From Dehalococcoidales bacterium (GTDB lineage: Bacteria > Chloroflexota > Dehalococcoidia > Dehalococcoidales > Fen-1064), in assembly GCA_016783135.1 (NCBI GenBank), contig JADHXC010000008.1, forward strand, positions 309 to 64,308: a stretch of 64,000 nt of DNA. Reading direction: 5' to 3'. Position 1 is the first letter of the stretch. Every line of letters begins with the position of its first letter. This document shows, in pieces, positions 9,808 through 20,087 of the stretch. Below the pieces are notes generated by a model. That model was given only the letters and a program-made list of their open reading frames with translations. It was not told the DNA's origin and did no database searches. The position numbers and the translations under genes are program-made.

Positions 9808-10779
9808 GTGATCAGGGTTCAGAACCTCACCAAGTACTACGGAGAGCGCCTAGCGGTAGACGACATCAGCTTCAACGTAGAGAAGGGTGAAATACTAGGT
9901 CTCCTCGGCCCCAATGGTGCCGGTAAGACGACCGCTATGCGCATAATCACCAGCTTTCTTATGCCTACACGTGGCGATGTCTGGGTGGCTGACTGCAATA
10001 TGGCGGAGAACTCCCTGGAAGGACGCAGACACATCGGCTATCTCCCGGAGGCTATACCCCTGTATACCGACGTGACCGTCCGCTCCTACCTGGAGTTTGC
10101 CGGTAGAATCAGGGGCATGGACAGTAACCGTGTTAAGACCAGGATTGACGATGTCGTGGAGCTCTGCCGTCTTGAGGAATATGTTGACGTGCTCATCGGC
10201 AAGCTCTCGCGAGGATTCAGGCAACGGGTAGGAGTTGCGCAGGCAATTATACATGAGCCAGAGGTGATGATTCTAGACGAACCTACATTGGGCATAGACC
10301 CGATTCAGGTGTCCCAGACCAGACAGCTTATCAAGGACCTCGGGCAGGAGCACACCATCCTTCTTTCCAGCCATATTCTACCGGAAGTAAGCATGACCTG
10401 TGACCGCGTGGTCATCATCCACGAAGGCCGGATTGTCGCCGAGGACAAGATAGAGAACCTGTCAACCATCATCACGGGGTCGCGAAGCATACGCATGGAA
10501 ATACAGGGTCCAGCCGGTGAAGTAACCACGAAGCTCAGTAATATCGAAGGTGTGCGCCAGGTACGCTACGAAGAGCCCCACCACTTCGTGGATTGTCCGC
10601 CGGAACAGGACCTTCGTCCCAAGCTCATGGAGGCCGTTGTGCAGGGTGGTTGGGTCCTGCTTGGCATGGAATCCGTGGAAATGAGTCTTGAGGATATCTT
10701 CCTCGAATTGACCACCGATGAATACGACGAGGACGAAGAAGATATCTTCATTGAAGACGAAAAGGGGGCCGAAGGGTGA
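9808..10779 (+). CDS. ABC transporter ATP-binding protein (ABC-2 type)
   Basis: Walker A GPNGAGKT, signature LSRGFRQR, Walker B MILDEPT, acidic C-terminal tail. Confidence 0.85.
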   Translation: MIRVQNLTKYYGERLAVDDISFNVEKGEILGLLGPNGAGKTTAMRIITSFLMPTRGDVWVADCNMAENSLEGRRHIGYLPEAIPLYTDVTVRSYLEFAGRIRGMDSNRVKTRIDDVVELCRLEEYVDVLIGKLSRGFRQRVGVAQAIIHEPEVMILDEPTLGIDPIQVSQTRQLIKDLGQEHTILLSSHILPEVSMTCDRVVIIHEGRIVAEDKIENLSTIITGSRSIRMEIQGPAGEVTTKLSNIEGVRQVRYEEPHHFVDCPPEQDLRPKLMEAVVQGGWVLLGMESVEMSLEDIFLELTTDEYDEDEEDIFIEDEKGAEG

Positions 10780-11492
10780 AAAACATCGGTCTCATTGCCT
10801 CCAAGGAGTTCAGGTCCCACCTGGCCTCTCCCATGGCATACATCGTTACCTTCGTCTTTCTGCTCATCACGGGGACATTCTTCAGCACGTACCTCACCGG
10901 GACGGGATATACCGATACCAGTATCGCCGGCTTCCTCAGTCCGGGTAACCTCCTTCTCCTGCTGTTCGCCTCCGTACTGACCATGCGTCTCCTCGCCGAG
11001 GAGAAGAAGATGGGCACCTGGGAGCTGCTCCTGACCGCTCCGGTCAGAGATTCCGAGGTCGTGCTCGGCAAGTTCCTGGGAAGCCTGGGTGTCCTGCTGG
11101 TAATGCTGGCGCTCACCCTCTATTATCCGCTCTTGCTGGTCTTGTTCGGTGACCCGGACATCGGCCCGATAGTCACGAGCTATATCGGCCTCATCCTGCT
11201 GGGCAGCTCTGCCATGGCAGTGGGGTTATTCGCTTCATCAGTAACGTCAAATCAGATTGTCGCCGCCGTAATCTCCGGGGTAATCCTCTTCGCCCTGTGG
11301 TTCGTTGGCTCTGCCGTCACTCTTGTACCAGCGAACATCGGGGAGTTACTGGCTTATGTCTCACTCATGGGCCATTTCTCTGATTTTACGATGGGCATCA
11401 TAGATACCAGGGCCATCATTTACTACCTCAGTATCATCGCCCTGTTCCTCTTCTTCACGATTCGGTCCATTGAAACAGGCAGGTGGAGTTAG
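10776..11492 (+). CDS. ABC-2 family permease
   Basis: 238 aa with about six hydrophobic spans. Overlaps the ATPase stop by 4 nt. Confidence 0.8.
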   Translation: MKNIGLIASKEFRSHLASPMAYIVTFVFLLITGTFFSTYLTGTGYTDTSIAGFLSPGNLLLLLFASVLTMRLLAEEKKMGTWELLLTAPVRDSEVVLGKFLGSLGVLLVMLALTLYYPLLLVLFGDPDIGPIVTSYIGLILLGSSAMAVGLFASSVTSNQIVAAVISGVILFALWFVGSAVTLVPANIGELLAYVSLMGHFSDFTMGIIDTRAIIYYLSIIALFLFFTIRSIETGRWS

Positions 11493-13055
11493 ATGCAGAC
11501 CGGCGTCCTCGCATTACTGGGGCTGGCAAGCCTGTTCGTTGGCTGGATACTGATGCTGGTGCTGCCCGGTATCCGCTACATTTCCTGGGGCATGCTGTTG
11601 CTGGGCGCGATACTGGTGCTGGTGGCTTTTATCATCGACTACCGGCGGGTGCGTGGCGCACTGGCAAGCCGGCGGGGGAGATTCAGCACCGGCACCACCC
11701 TGATGGCCGCCATTTTCATCGGTATTATCCTGCTGGTCAATGCCATCAGCTATGCTAACTTCCACCGTTTCGATGTTACCGGCCTGTCCCAGTACACGCT
11801 GACATCGCAAACCAAAAGTGCGCTCGAAGGGATGGAGACACCCGTTGAGGCGCTCCTGTTCACTATACCCGGTGATATAACCGGTGATTTTCTGAATAAC
11901 CTGCTGACTGAGTACCGGAACTTTTCCGACCAGCTAGGCATTGAACTGATAGACCCTGAGCAACAACCGGACCTGGCCAGGCAATACGGCGTAACCCAAT
12001 ATCCCGCCGTAGTGTTCCAGGGTAAGGCCGGGAGGCGACCTGTTCTACCCCAGGATATAATCAGCTTCACCGAGCAAGGTGACATGAAAATTGAAGCAGA
12101 ATATGCTTTCACAAGCGCCATACTGGAGGTTACCGGTTCCGTCCAGAAGAAGGTCTATTTCCTCACCGGGCACGGCGAGAACAGCATCTTCTCAACGTCT
12201 GCTGACGGCTACAGTACCGTGAGAGAAGGTCTGCTCGACAACCTCTATCAAGTGGAAAGCCTGGATATCCGGGTAACCGGTGATATACCGGAAGACTGTA
12301 CGATTCTGGTAATCCCCGGGCCGGAAATACCACTAACGAGCCGAGAAGTGGACGTCATTTCACAGTATCTGACGGATGAGGGATGGGCAATGATTCTGAT
12401 GAACCCTAACCCTCCGGATGAGATAAGGCAGCTGGTCTCCGAATGGGGCCTGGATATCCATGATGGAATCATCATCGATGAACGTTCGTATGCCGAACCT
12501 AATATGGATAGTCCTCTCGTACCGCCGACAAGGAGCTACTTCGCCCAGTTCGGGATGTTCAGAGATACCTACTTCCCGGGGGCCACAGCCCTGGTGCCCC
12601 AGGAAGACACGCCGGAGAGTATCATTACCGTCCCACTCATCTGGACCAGCCCTAATAGCTGGTTGGAGGAGGACTCCGGCGGCGAATACCAATTCGATGA
12701 AGGGGTAGACCTGCAGGGCCCCCTGGCAATAGGTGTACTGGTTATCGGCCTTTCGCCGGAGATAACGGAAGCGGGCGAAGAAGATATCACAGGTACCCGC
12801 TTAATTGTATACGGTGACTCCGACTTTGCATCCAACAGACGTTTTCAGGACGGTGACAACGGGAATCTTTTCCTCAACTCGGTGAATATCCTCACCGTGG
12901 GCAAGGAACTCATCACCATGGACCGCAAGTATATCCAGACCCGGAGGCTCATCATCGGGCCGGAAGCGGAGAGTTTCATCACCATCTCCAGCATAGGACT
13001 GCTGCCGTTATTAGTACTGGTAGCGGGTGCGTACATCTGGTGGCGCAGAAGGTAG
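11493..13055 (+). CDS. GldG-like ABC-transport auxiliary protein
   Basis: 520 aa with N-terminal TM pair and C-terminal TM anchor (LLPLLVLVAGAYIWW). Starts immediately after the permease stop. Usual ATPase/ABC-2/GldG/DUF4340 order. Confidence 0.7.
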   Translation: MQTGVLALLGLASLFVGWILMLVLPGIRYISWGMLLLGAILVLVAFIIDYRRVRGALASRRGRFSTGTTLMAAIFIGIILLVNAISYANFHRFDVTGLSQYTLTSQTKSALEGMETPVEALLFTIPGDITGDFLNNLLTEYRNFSDQLGIELIDPEQQPDLARQYGVTQYPAVVFQGKAGRRPVLPQDIISFTEQGDMKIEAEYAFTSAILEVTGSVQKKVYFLTGHGENSIFSTSADGYSTVREGLLDNLYQVESLDIRVTGDIPEDCTILVIPGPEIPLTSREVDVISQYLTDEGWAMILMNPNPPDEIRQLVSEWGLDIHDGIIIDERSYAEPNMDSPLVPPTRSYFAQFGMFRDTYFPGATALVPQEDTPESIITVPLIWTSPNSWLEEDSGGEYQFDEGVDLQGPLAIGVLVIGLSPEITEAGEEDITGTRLIVYGDSDFASNRRFQDGDNGNLFLNSVNILTVGKELITMDRKYIQTRRLIIGPEAESFITISSIGLLPLLVLVAGAYIWWRRR

Positions 13056-13086
13056 CCACAGAAAGGTCTTGCCCGAGGGTTAGCAG

Positions 13087-13647
13087 TTGAGGCTGAAAAG
13101 TATACTGATACTGGTCGGAATCCTCGCCATCGCGGCGACTGTTTACTTTGCCACCCGACCTGTCGAGGAACCCCCACCAATAAAGGAGCCGATGCAATAC
13201 GTCTGGCTCTTCGATATGGAAGAACTGCAACACATCCAGATAGACCTCCCTAACCTGGCTAGCACCGAGAATTTCGTCAAACACGAGGACAGACAGTGGT
13301 ATTTCGATGACCCGCCCGGACCCAGAGCTGACCCGGAACGCTGGGGAGGCGGCATACCACTGATTCTCAGTGGCCCGGGCGCCGAAAGGCCTATTGCCAA
13401 AGATGCTACCGATGAGCAACTGGCGGTGTTCGGCTTCACCCAGCCGATAATGCTGCTCACCCTGACCAAGGAGGACGGGGAGATTATACGCATCGAGGTG
13501 GGTGATGAGGTACCTGACGGCCATGCTCACTATGTTCGCGTGTCCGACTCTAATGACATCTACATCGTGGATGCAACCTGGTATGACGTGCTCGAACGAC
13601 TTGTCCTGGAGCCACCCTATCCTCCGGAAGAAGAGGAGGAGGACTAA
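13087..13647 (+). CDS. DUF4340-like membrane-anchored protein
   Basis: 186 aa with an N-terminal TM segment. Positional partner of GldG-type systems. Acidic C-terminal tail PPEEEEED. Confidence 0.55.
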   Translation: MRLKSILILVGILAIAATVYFATRPVEEPPPIKEPMQYVWLFDMEELQHIQIDLPNLASTENFVKHEDRQWYFDDPPGPRADPERWGGGIPLILSGPGAERPIAKDATDEQLAVFGFTQPIMLLTLTKEDGEIIRIEVGDEVPDGHAHYVRVSDSNDIYIVDATWYDVLERLVLEPPYPPEEEEED

Positions 13648-13731
13648 CCTCCTTCCTTTCCGACAGGGACATAATCAGCCCCCGGATGCCGTAATATATC
13701 ACCTATCTTACCAGCTATCCATGTTATAAAA

Positions 13732-14097
13732 ATGCAGTACATCGGTGTCGACATCATAGAGATTGCCCGCGTTCATGAAGCTGTTGAACGGTGGGGAGAC
13801 AGGTTCCTGAGACGGGTCTACACCGAATCCGAACTCAAGCGCTACGCGAAAAGCCCTTCATCCTTAGCGGTTCGTTTTGCCGGTAAGGAGGCGGTCGTGA
13901 AAGCCCTGGGGACAAGCGAAGGTGGCATCGGCTGGAAGGACATTGAAATCCTGGCCGAATCTGGCGACCGGCCCGTAGTGAACCTCTACCGCAGAGCACG
14001 AGAGCAGGCCAATGAATTAGGCCTGAAAGAGATGGCCATCAGCCTTTCGCACTCGAGGGACTACGCGATTGCGTTCGTGGTGGCTGAGAAGAGGTAG
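13732..14097 (+). CDS. acpS: holo-[acyl-carrier-protein] synthase
   Basis: 121 aa. IGVDIIEIARV ... FAGKEAVVKALG ... SLSHSRDYAIAFVV, typical of AcpS. Confidence 0.85.
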   Translation: MQYIGVDIIEIARVHEAVERWGDRFLRRVYTESELKRYAKSPSSLAVRFAGKEAVVKALGTSEGGIGWKDIEILAESGDRPVVNLYRRAREQANELGLKEMAISLSHSRDYAIAFVVAEKR

Positions 14098-14101
14098 AGG
14101 C

Positions 14102-16702
14102 TCAGCACTTCGTATACCCGCAGCCGTGGCATTTGAAACAGCCTTCCTCGTAGGCCAGCAGGCCACCGCAGTCCGGACACTGTCCGGCGATGTTGCGGAC
14201 CAGTCCGTAGTCCTGCATACTCTCACTGCCGTTGTCATCTGTCCTCTCGCCGAATACATGCTTTTCCAGGACTCCGGCTATGGCGTCGGCGCAGGAGAGC
14301 ACCGATTTGCCCTCTTCCCAGGCAATTGACGGGCAGCGGATACCGCGTAGCTGCCTGATGATTGACTCTGCGTCCATACCGGCCCGCAGCGCCAGTGAAA
14401 TGAGACGGCAGATGGCTTCCAGCTGTGCCGAGGCACACCCGCCAGACTTCCCCAGAGTCGAGAAAACCTCGCAAATTCCGCACTCGTCAGAATTCACCGT
14501 GACATACAGGGACCCGCATCCGGTGCGTACCCGCTCCGTAATCCCGGTCGTCATCTTGGCCCGCTTCCGGGGGGCAATCACGGCCTCCCCCGCTTCCTCC
14601 GCGGTGGCACCGGTACTCATCGGCTGGTTCTCACGGCTACCATCACGGTAAATGGTTATCCCTTTCAGCCCCTGCTCGTAGGCCATATTATAAACGTTGG
14701 CGATATCCTCCCTGGTCGCCTGGCGCGGGAAGTTGACCGTCTTGGATACCGCATTATCGGTGCGCTCCTGGAAAGCAGCCTGCATCCGTACATGCCACTC
14801 CGGACTAATCTCGTGGGCAGTGACAAACAGCCGCTTGATACGGTCGGGGATACTCTCGATATCATGGAGACTGGTGCCGTTAGCCAGGTTCTCCATAAGC
14901 TCATCGGAGTAGATATCTTCCCTTCTGGCCACCTCTTCAAAATGGGGATTTACCTCCACCATCCTGGCACCATCGAGGATATTGCGTACGTAGCTCAGGG
15001 CAAAGAGTGGCTCGATACCACTGGAGCAACCGGCGATAATCGACAGCGTACCGGTGGGCGCGATGGTTGTCCGTGAGGCGTTCCTTAATCGAGGGCCGCC
15101 GGGGACATCATAAATGCTCCCCTCAAAAGCCGGGAAAACACCGCGTTCCTTAGCCAGTTCCGCCGAAGCCCTGTCCGCCTCCTCGCTGACAAAGCCCATG
15201 ACATCCCGGGCCACCTGTAACGCCTCCTCCGAATTGTAGGGAAGGCCAAGCTGGAGCAGCATGTCGGCAAAGCCCATCACACCCAGACCTATCTTGCGGG
15301 ACTTCCGGGTCATCTCGGCAATCTCCGGTATCGGGAACTGGTTGACATCAATGACATCATCAAGAAATCTGACGGCGACCTTTACCGTTTCTGCCAGCCC
15401 GGGGTAGTCAATCTCAACTTTGCCATCGACATCATGGAGCATTCTGGCCAGGTTTATTGAACCCAGGTTACACGATTCATAAGGAAGCAGGGGTTGCTCG
15501 CCGCAGGGGTTCGTGCTCTCGATACTGCCCAGATGTGGGGTGGGGTTATATTCGTTTATCCGGTCAATGAAGACAATTCCGGGGTCGCCCGTCTTCCAGG
15601 CGTTGGCTACGATAATGTCAAAGACCTCTTTTGCGTTTAGAGTCCTCGCCACCGCCCCGGTGCGAGGGTTCACCAAATTGTAGTCCCCTCCGGTCCTGAC
15701 CGCTTCCATGAATTCATTGGTGACGGCTACGGACAGATTGAAGTTGGTGAAGACAGTAGGGTCGTCCTTGGCCGTGATAAACTTCATGATGTCAGGATGG
15801 TCGACGTTCAGGATAGCCATATTGGCACCACGCCTCATCCCTCCCTGCTTGATGACGTCGGTAGCGGTATCAAATGCGCGCATGAAGGAAACGGGGCCAC
15901 TGGCTACGCCACCGGTGGAACCTACATGGTCGCCTTCCGGTCGCAGTTGAGAAAATGAGAACCCGGTCCCACCGCCGCTCTTGTGTATCAAGGCCGTGTT
16001 CTTAACAGCGTCGAAGACCGACTCCATGGAGTCCTTAACCGGCAGGACGAAACATGCGGATAGCTGCCCGAGCTCGCGGCCGGCATTCATCAGGGTGGGG
16101 GAATTGGGCAGGAACTCCAGGCTGGTCATAACCCGGTAAAACTCTGCTTCCCGGGTATCGGCATCTTTTGGGGAGCCATAATTAGCTTCTGCCGCAGCGA
16201 TAGCTCGCGCTACCCGGTGGAACAACTCTTCCGGCTCCTCGACAACCTGCCCTTCTCCGTCCTTTCTCAAGTACCGCTTTACAAGCACACGCAGTGCATT
16301 CTCCGTAAGGTTCAATCCGGAGACAGCCACTCTGTCGGTACTCACGTCCCTGACAACCTTCATCTTTGGTATTACCTCCTGAATTTGTGTCGGTTCTTCG
16401 GCATCCAGGAACTCCTTGACCATCTCCAGTATCTCCGATTCACTGGTCAGGTGTTTCTGCTGGCGGTAAGACTTCGGCATCAGGTCTTCCATCCCGGGCA
16501 GAGGTCGGACTGACCCCATGTTACCCCGAGTAAGGGTAGTCCGTTTCTCTTCCAGCCGCTCGATAACCCGCCTGGTGAGCCTCTCTATATGATTCCTGTC
16601 CGATATACCCATACTCTCCGCGGCGGCAAAAGTGGCCCGGGCAATCTGGGTACGGCTGAGATGGTTCACCTGCCTATCCTGCGAGCGCTCCGGTGCGTTC
16701 AT
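14102..16702 (-). CDS. nrdJ: adenosylcobalamin-dependent (class II) ribonucleotide reductase
   Basis: 866 aa. Class II RNR blocks SACFVLP and STNPCGEQPL. C-terminal Zn-ribbon CPDCGG...CFKCHGCG. Overlaps the nrdR stop by 4 nt. Confidence 0.9.
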   Translation of the reverse strand: MNAPERSQDRQVNHLSRTQIARATFAAAESMGISDRNHIERLTRRVIERLEEKRTTLTRGNMGSVRPLPGMEDLMPKSYRQQKHLTSESEILEMVKEFLDAEEPTQIQEVIPKMKVVRDVSTDRVAVSGLNLTENALRVLVKRYLRKDGEGQVVEEPEELFHRVARAIAAAEANYGSPKDADTREAEFYRVMTSLEFLPNSPTLMNAGRELGQLSACFVLPVKDSMESVFDAVKNTALIHKSGGGTGFSFSQLRPEGDHVGSTGGVASGPVSFMRAFDTATDVIKQGGMRRGANMAILNVDHPDIMKFITAKDDPTVFTNFNLSVAVTNEFMEAVRTGGDYNLVNPRTGAVARTLNAKEVFDIIVANAWKTGDPGIVFIDRINEYNPTPHLGSIESTNPCGEQPLLPYESCNLGSINLARMLHDVDGKVEIDYPGLAETVKVAVRFLDDVIDVNQFPIPEIAEMTRKSRKIGLGVMGFADMLLQLGLPYNSEEALQVARDVMGFVSEEADRASAELAKERGVFPAFEGSIYDVPGGPRLRNASRTTIAPTGTLSIIAGCSSGIEPLFALSYVRNILDGARMVEVNPHFEEVARREDIYSDELMENLANGTSLHDIESIPDRIKRLFVTAHEISPEWHVRMQAAFQERTDNAVSKTVNFPRQATREDIANVYNMAYEQGLKGITIYRDGSRENQPMSTGATAEEAGEAVIAPRKRAKMTTGITERVRTGCGSLYVTVNSDECGICEVFSTLGKSGGCASAQLEAICRLISLALRAGMDAESIIRQLRGIRCPSIAWEEGKSVLSCADAIAGVLEKHVFGERTDDNGSESMQDYGLVRNIAGQCPDCGGLLAYEEGCFKCHGCGYTKC

Positions 16703-17238
16703 TTCTCACTCCCACGAGGTCCTCTTGCCCCCACTCCCTCTTCCTCATCAAGCATCAGCGATAACTGGGTACTCGGTGGCGCTACCTCGAACTCATCACC
16801 CATCAGAGTATCAATTTCCTGCTTCAGAGCAGTGATATCGGCAAACTCACGGTAGACGCTGGCGAAACGAATGTAGGCAATATGGTCCAGACCCTTTAAT
16901 CGCCTCATCACCGCATCACCAATCATCGTGCCGGGTATCTCCGCCCTTCCTGAATTGTACAGTTCGGCCTCAATCTCATCCGCCAGCCTGTCCACCACAT
17001 CGGTCGGCAGTGGTCGCTTCTCGCAGGCTTTACGCATACCACTCAACATCTTCTCCCGGTTAAATACCTCGCGCCGGTTGTCCTTCTTGATAACAAACAG
17101 GCTTACCGGCTGAATACGCTCATAGGTGGTGAAGCGTGCTCCGCAACCAAGGCACTGGCGGCGCCGACGTATTCCTTCATTTACCTCGCGCGAATCCATC
17201 ACCCGCGAATCATGATAACCGCAATAGGGACAGTTCAT
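16699..17238 (-). CDS. nrdR: transcriptional repressor NrdR
   Basis: MNCPYCGYHDSRVMDSRE...RRRRQCLGCGARFTTYE zinc ribbon plus ATP-cone. Start taken at MNCPYCG, not the ORF-track 17268. Confidence 0.9.
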   Translation of the reverse strand: MNCPYCGYHDSRVMDSREVNEGIRRRRQCLGCGARFTTYERIQPVSLFVIKKDNRREVFNREKMLSGMRKACEKRPLPTDVVDRLADEIEAELYNSGRAEIPGTMIGDAVMRRLKGLDHIAYIRFASVYREFADITALKQEIDTLMGDEFEVAPPSTQLSLMLDEEEGVGARGPRGSEK

Positions 17239-17290
17239 CAGACTCCAACTCCCGTAGTATACTATCACCTATATATGGGGCAGGACAACT

Positions 17291-17319
17291 ATTAAACCAC
17301 AACATATAGTACTTGTCAA
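17291..17319 (-). promoter_or_regulatory. sigma70-type promoter of nrdR-nrdJ
   Basis: Minus strand: TTGACA (17314-17319), 17 nt, TTTAAT (17291-17296). AT-rich palindromic sequence lies in the spacer and just downstream. Confidence 0.5.
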
Positions 17320-17462
17320 GCACTTTTATATCACATTTAGTGGGCAATTACTATCGACTGGTAGAATAGCAGTCATGCGGTCGGAAACATGGTGCGAAGG
17401 CGAGAAGATGGTCCTATCCGGACCAATACGGGAATGGGAAGTACCGGGTTCGGACCCGGCAA

Positions 17463-17505
17463 CAGCAGGGCTGCAAGGCCTGAGAAACACCATGCAGCCC
17501 TGCTG
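17463..17505 (-). terminator. 13-bp perfect-stem hairpin 3' of ftsZ (possible terminator or 3'-UTR structure)
   Basis: CAGCAGGGCTGCA (17463-17475) pairs with TGCAGCCCTGCTG (17493-17505), 17-nt loop. A second hairpin, CCGGGT-TCGG-ACCCGG, is adjacent. No clean U-tract. Confidence 0.35.
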
Positions 17506-17548
17506 AGTTTCATGGGGCAGCAGTCACCCCACGCGCCATTACCCGAAC

Positions 17549-18679
17549 CTAGCGGAAGAGGGGATGTGTGGTCGGGTGAGGCGTAGTAGTCGACTGCGCA
17601 GGAGCGCGCCGTTGGTTGTAGAGAGGGCGACGCAGGAAGGCAGGAATATCGAGCTGGTCTTCGCTCTTACACTCCTTCAGGAACTCGGTGATCTCATCGT
17701 CCTTATTGTCTTCCGGCAAATCTAACTTATTGGTGAAGCCGGTGGCGATGAGCGTTATCTTTATTTCCTTGTCCATTGCGGGGTCGTGGACCACGCCGAA
17801 GATGATGTTGGCCTCGGGGTCCACTGCCGCCTTGATTATCTCGGCGGCCTCGTTAACCTCGAAGAGGGTTAGGTCGTCGCTGCCCACCACGTTGAACAGC
17901 ACGCCTCTGGAACCACTCACGGAGACGTCCAGCAAGGGGCTTTCCAGGGCTTCTTTGGCGGCATCAGCCGCACGGTGCTGTCCTGTCCCCTTACCGATAG
18001 ACATCCAGGCAGGCCCGGCGTCTTTCATCACCGCCTTAACGTCGGCGAAGTCGAGGTTTATCATCCCGGGTACGGTGATTACCTGGGCGATTGCCTGAAC
18101 ACCGTGGCTGAGTACATCGTCCGCCATCCTGAAGGCCTCATCTACGCCCGTCTTATGGTCGCAAAGCTCCAGTAAGCGGTCATTGGGAATAATTATCAGG
18201 GTATCAACCACCTTGTCCAGAAGTCGGGCAATGCCGTCGTTGGCCACTTGGGCACGATGTGTACCCTCGAAGGTGAACGGGCGTGTGACAACGGCAATCG
18301 TCAGTGCTCCACTCTGCTTAGCAATCTCGGCTATCACAGAAGCAGCCCCGGTGCCGGTGCCGCCACCCATGCCGGCGGTGATAAACACCATGTCTGCTCC
18401 GGAGATGTACTCCCTGATTTCGTCTTTGCTTTCCTCAGCCGCTTTCTGCCCCTGCATATGGTCACCACCCACACCCAACCCTCGCACCAGCTTGTCGCCA
18501 AGCTGGACACGGAGCGGGGCCTCAGTGATAGCCAAGGCCTGAGCATCGGTATTCATGGCAATGAAATCTACACCCTTAATATCCTGCCTCACCATGCGGG
18601 TTACTGCGTTGCAACCACCGCCACCGAGACCGATGACCTTAATCTTGACAGGATTGGGGGCAAAGGTAGTTCTCGCCAT
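17549..18679 (-). CDS. ftsZ: cell division protein FtsZ
   Basis: 376 aa. Tubulin signature GGGTGTG, IKVIGLGGGGCNAV, C-terminal DIPAFLRR peptide. Confidence 0.95.
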   Translation of the reverse strand: MARTTFAPNPVKIKVIGLGGGGCNAVTRMVRQDIKGVDFIAMNTDAQALAITEAPLRVQLGDKLVRGLGVGGDHMQGQKAAEESKDEIREYISGADMVFITAGMGGGTGTGAASVIAEIAKQSGALTIAVVTRPFTFEGTHRAQVANDGIARLLDKVVDTLIIIPNDRLLELCDHKTGVDEAFRMADDVLSHGVQAIAQVITVPGMINLDFADVKAVMKDAGPAWMSIGKGTGQHRAADAAKEALESPLLDVSVSGSRGVLFNVVGSDDLTLFEVNEAAEIIKAAVDPEANIIFGVVHDPAMDKEIKITLIATGFTNKLDLPEDNKDDEITEFLKECKSEDQLDIPAFLRRPLYNQRRAPAQSTTTPHPTTHPLFR

Positions 18680-18724
18680 ATTCTCCTCCTATTTCCTCTG
18701 TTACTCTGTATTTTTGAGAATCCT

Positions 18725-19939
18725 CTATTGGAACAGGCCCCTTATGCGAGAAACCAGATTCCGGAAGTTACCTGTAAGGCTGCGTGACCTCCAGTTCGTT
18801 ACACTCCTGGGTTTTATTCCCCAGAGCAGTAGACCAACACTGGTGGCATAGGCCGGGTTGTGCAGGACATCCGAGATGCCATATATGCCGACCGGCCCGC
18901 CTACCCGCACCGGGACTCCGAGTATCTCTCGACCCAGGACATCTATACCGGCAAGGTTCGAGCTACCACCGGTGAGCACAAGACCGGCAGGTACCAGTGT
19001 TTCGAACTCGGCACGCGGCAACTCGAGCGCGATTAGCCTGATGAGCTCATCTACTCTGGCGCGGATTATGTCACACAGGCTCTGGTAGGAAATATTGTGA
19101 CCATTCTGGGCTATGGCATCGGTGTGTGTCTTGTTTTCTTGCACCGGCATCACGGTGCCGTACTTCCGTTTCATTTCTTCGGCCACCTCGAAGGGCAGGC
19201 CAAGACCGATAGCGATATCCCTGGTAAACTGGTAGCCGGCCACAGGTAGTATGGCGCTGTGCCAGATGCTGCCGTCCTTGAAAACGGAAATATCTGTGGT
19301 GCCGCCGCCAATGTCAGCCATGACGACTCCGACTTGTTTCTCGTCCTCGCTTAACACAGCCTCACTGCTGGCCAGGGGCTCGAATACGAGGTCTTCGATA
19401 TCAACCCCTACGCCACGGATGCACTTGACCAGGTTCTGGACGGAGGACACGGCAGCAGTGATAACGTGTGTCTCTACGTCCAGTCGGAACCCGTGCATGC
19501 CTACCGGGTTTCTGACCCCCTCCTGCCCATCAACGGCATAGCTACGCGGGATAAGATGGAGCAGTTTTTCGTCACTGGGAACTTTTACAGTCTGGGCAGT
19601 CTGCAGGACCCGTTTGAGGTCATCGGAGCGGACTAACCGGTCATTACGAGTGATGGCAACTACGCCCCGGTTGTTGCGGGCACTAATGTGCCGTCCGGTA
19701 ACCCCGACGTAGGCTGACTCAACCTGGTAGCCGCTGGCCTGCTCGGCCTTTCTCACGGATTCGCGGATTGAGTCCTTGGCATCACTGATATTGACTACCA
19801 GTCCCTTATGTAGTCCTGAGGACGGAGCCAGTCCCACACCAGCCACGCGCATAAGACCATTTTCGTTGGTCTCAGCAACTATGGTGCAGACCTTGGTAGT
19901 ACCAACATCGATAGCGGATATGGTATTCCACTTACTCAT
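18725..19939 (-). CDS. ftsA: cell division protein FtsA
   Basis: 404 aa actin-fold ATPase. AIDVGTTKV and DIGGGTTD phosphate motifs. Directly upstream of ftsZ. Confidence 0.9.
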   Translation of the reverse strand: MSKWNTISAIDVGTTKVCTIVAETNENGLMRVAGVGLAPSSGLHKGLVVNISDAKDSIRESVRKAEQASGYQVESAYVGVTGRHISARNNRGVVAITRNDRLVRSDDLKRVLQTAQTVKVPSDEKLLHLIPRSYAVDGQEGVRNPVGMHGFRLDVETHVITAAVSSVQNLVKCIRGVGVDIEDLVFEPLASSEAVLSEDEKQVGVVMADIGGGTTDISVFKDGSIWHSAILPVAGYQFTRDIAIGLGLPFEVAEEMKRKYGTVMPVQENKTHTDAIAQNGHNISYQSLCDIIRARVDELIRLIALELPRAEFETLVPAGLVLTGGSSNLAGIDVLGREILGVPVRVGGPVGIYGISDVLHNPAYATSVGLLLWGIKPRSVTNWRSRSLTGNFRNLVSRIRGLFQ

Positions 19940-20087
19940 TCACCCCTCCTTATTGTTAAGTGGATTTTGTTCCTGGCAGGTAGTATTCTCTTACATCTTA
20001 AACGCCCCCTTTTTTAGCACAGGTCATGATTATCTCGTGTCAGTTATCAGGAAAGCCTGGTATTCTTCCAATATTCTCCGAGTCGGT

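Noticed and set aside
17265-17316. AT-rich palindromes around the nrdR promoter (GCCCCATATATAGGTG and ACAAGTACTATATGTTGT on the minus strand), considered as a pair of NrdR boxes.
   Set aside because: Only the first matches the 16-bp NrdR consensus acaCwAtATaTwGtgt reasonably, at about 10/16 with a good core. The second fits poorly. The centre-to-centre spacing is about 35 bp, not the usual 31-32 bp. Plausible autoregulation, but not supportable by eye.
17380-17548. Compared the ftsZ-nrdR intergenic structures with SRP (4.5S) RNA and cobalamin-riboswitch cores.
   Set aside because: GGUCCGGAUAGGACC only superficially resembles the SRP domain IV GGUCCGGAAGGAAGCAGC. There is no GCCACUG B12 box. 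Kept only as unclassified hairpins.
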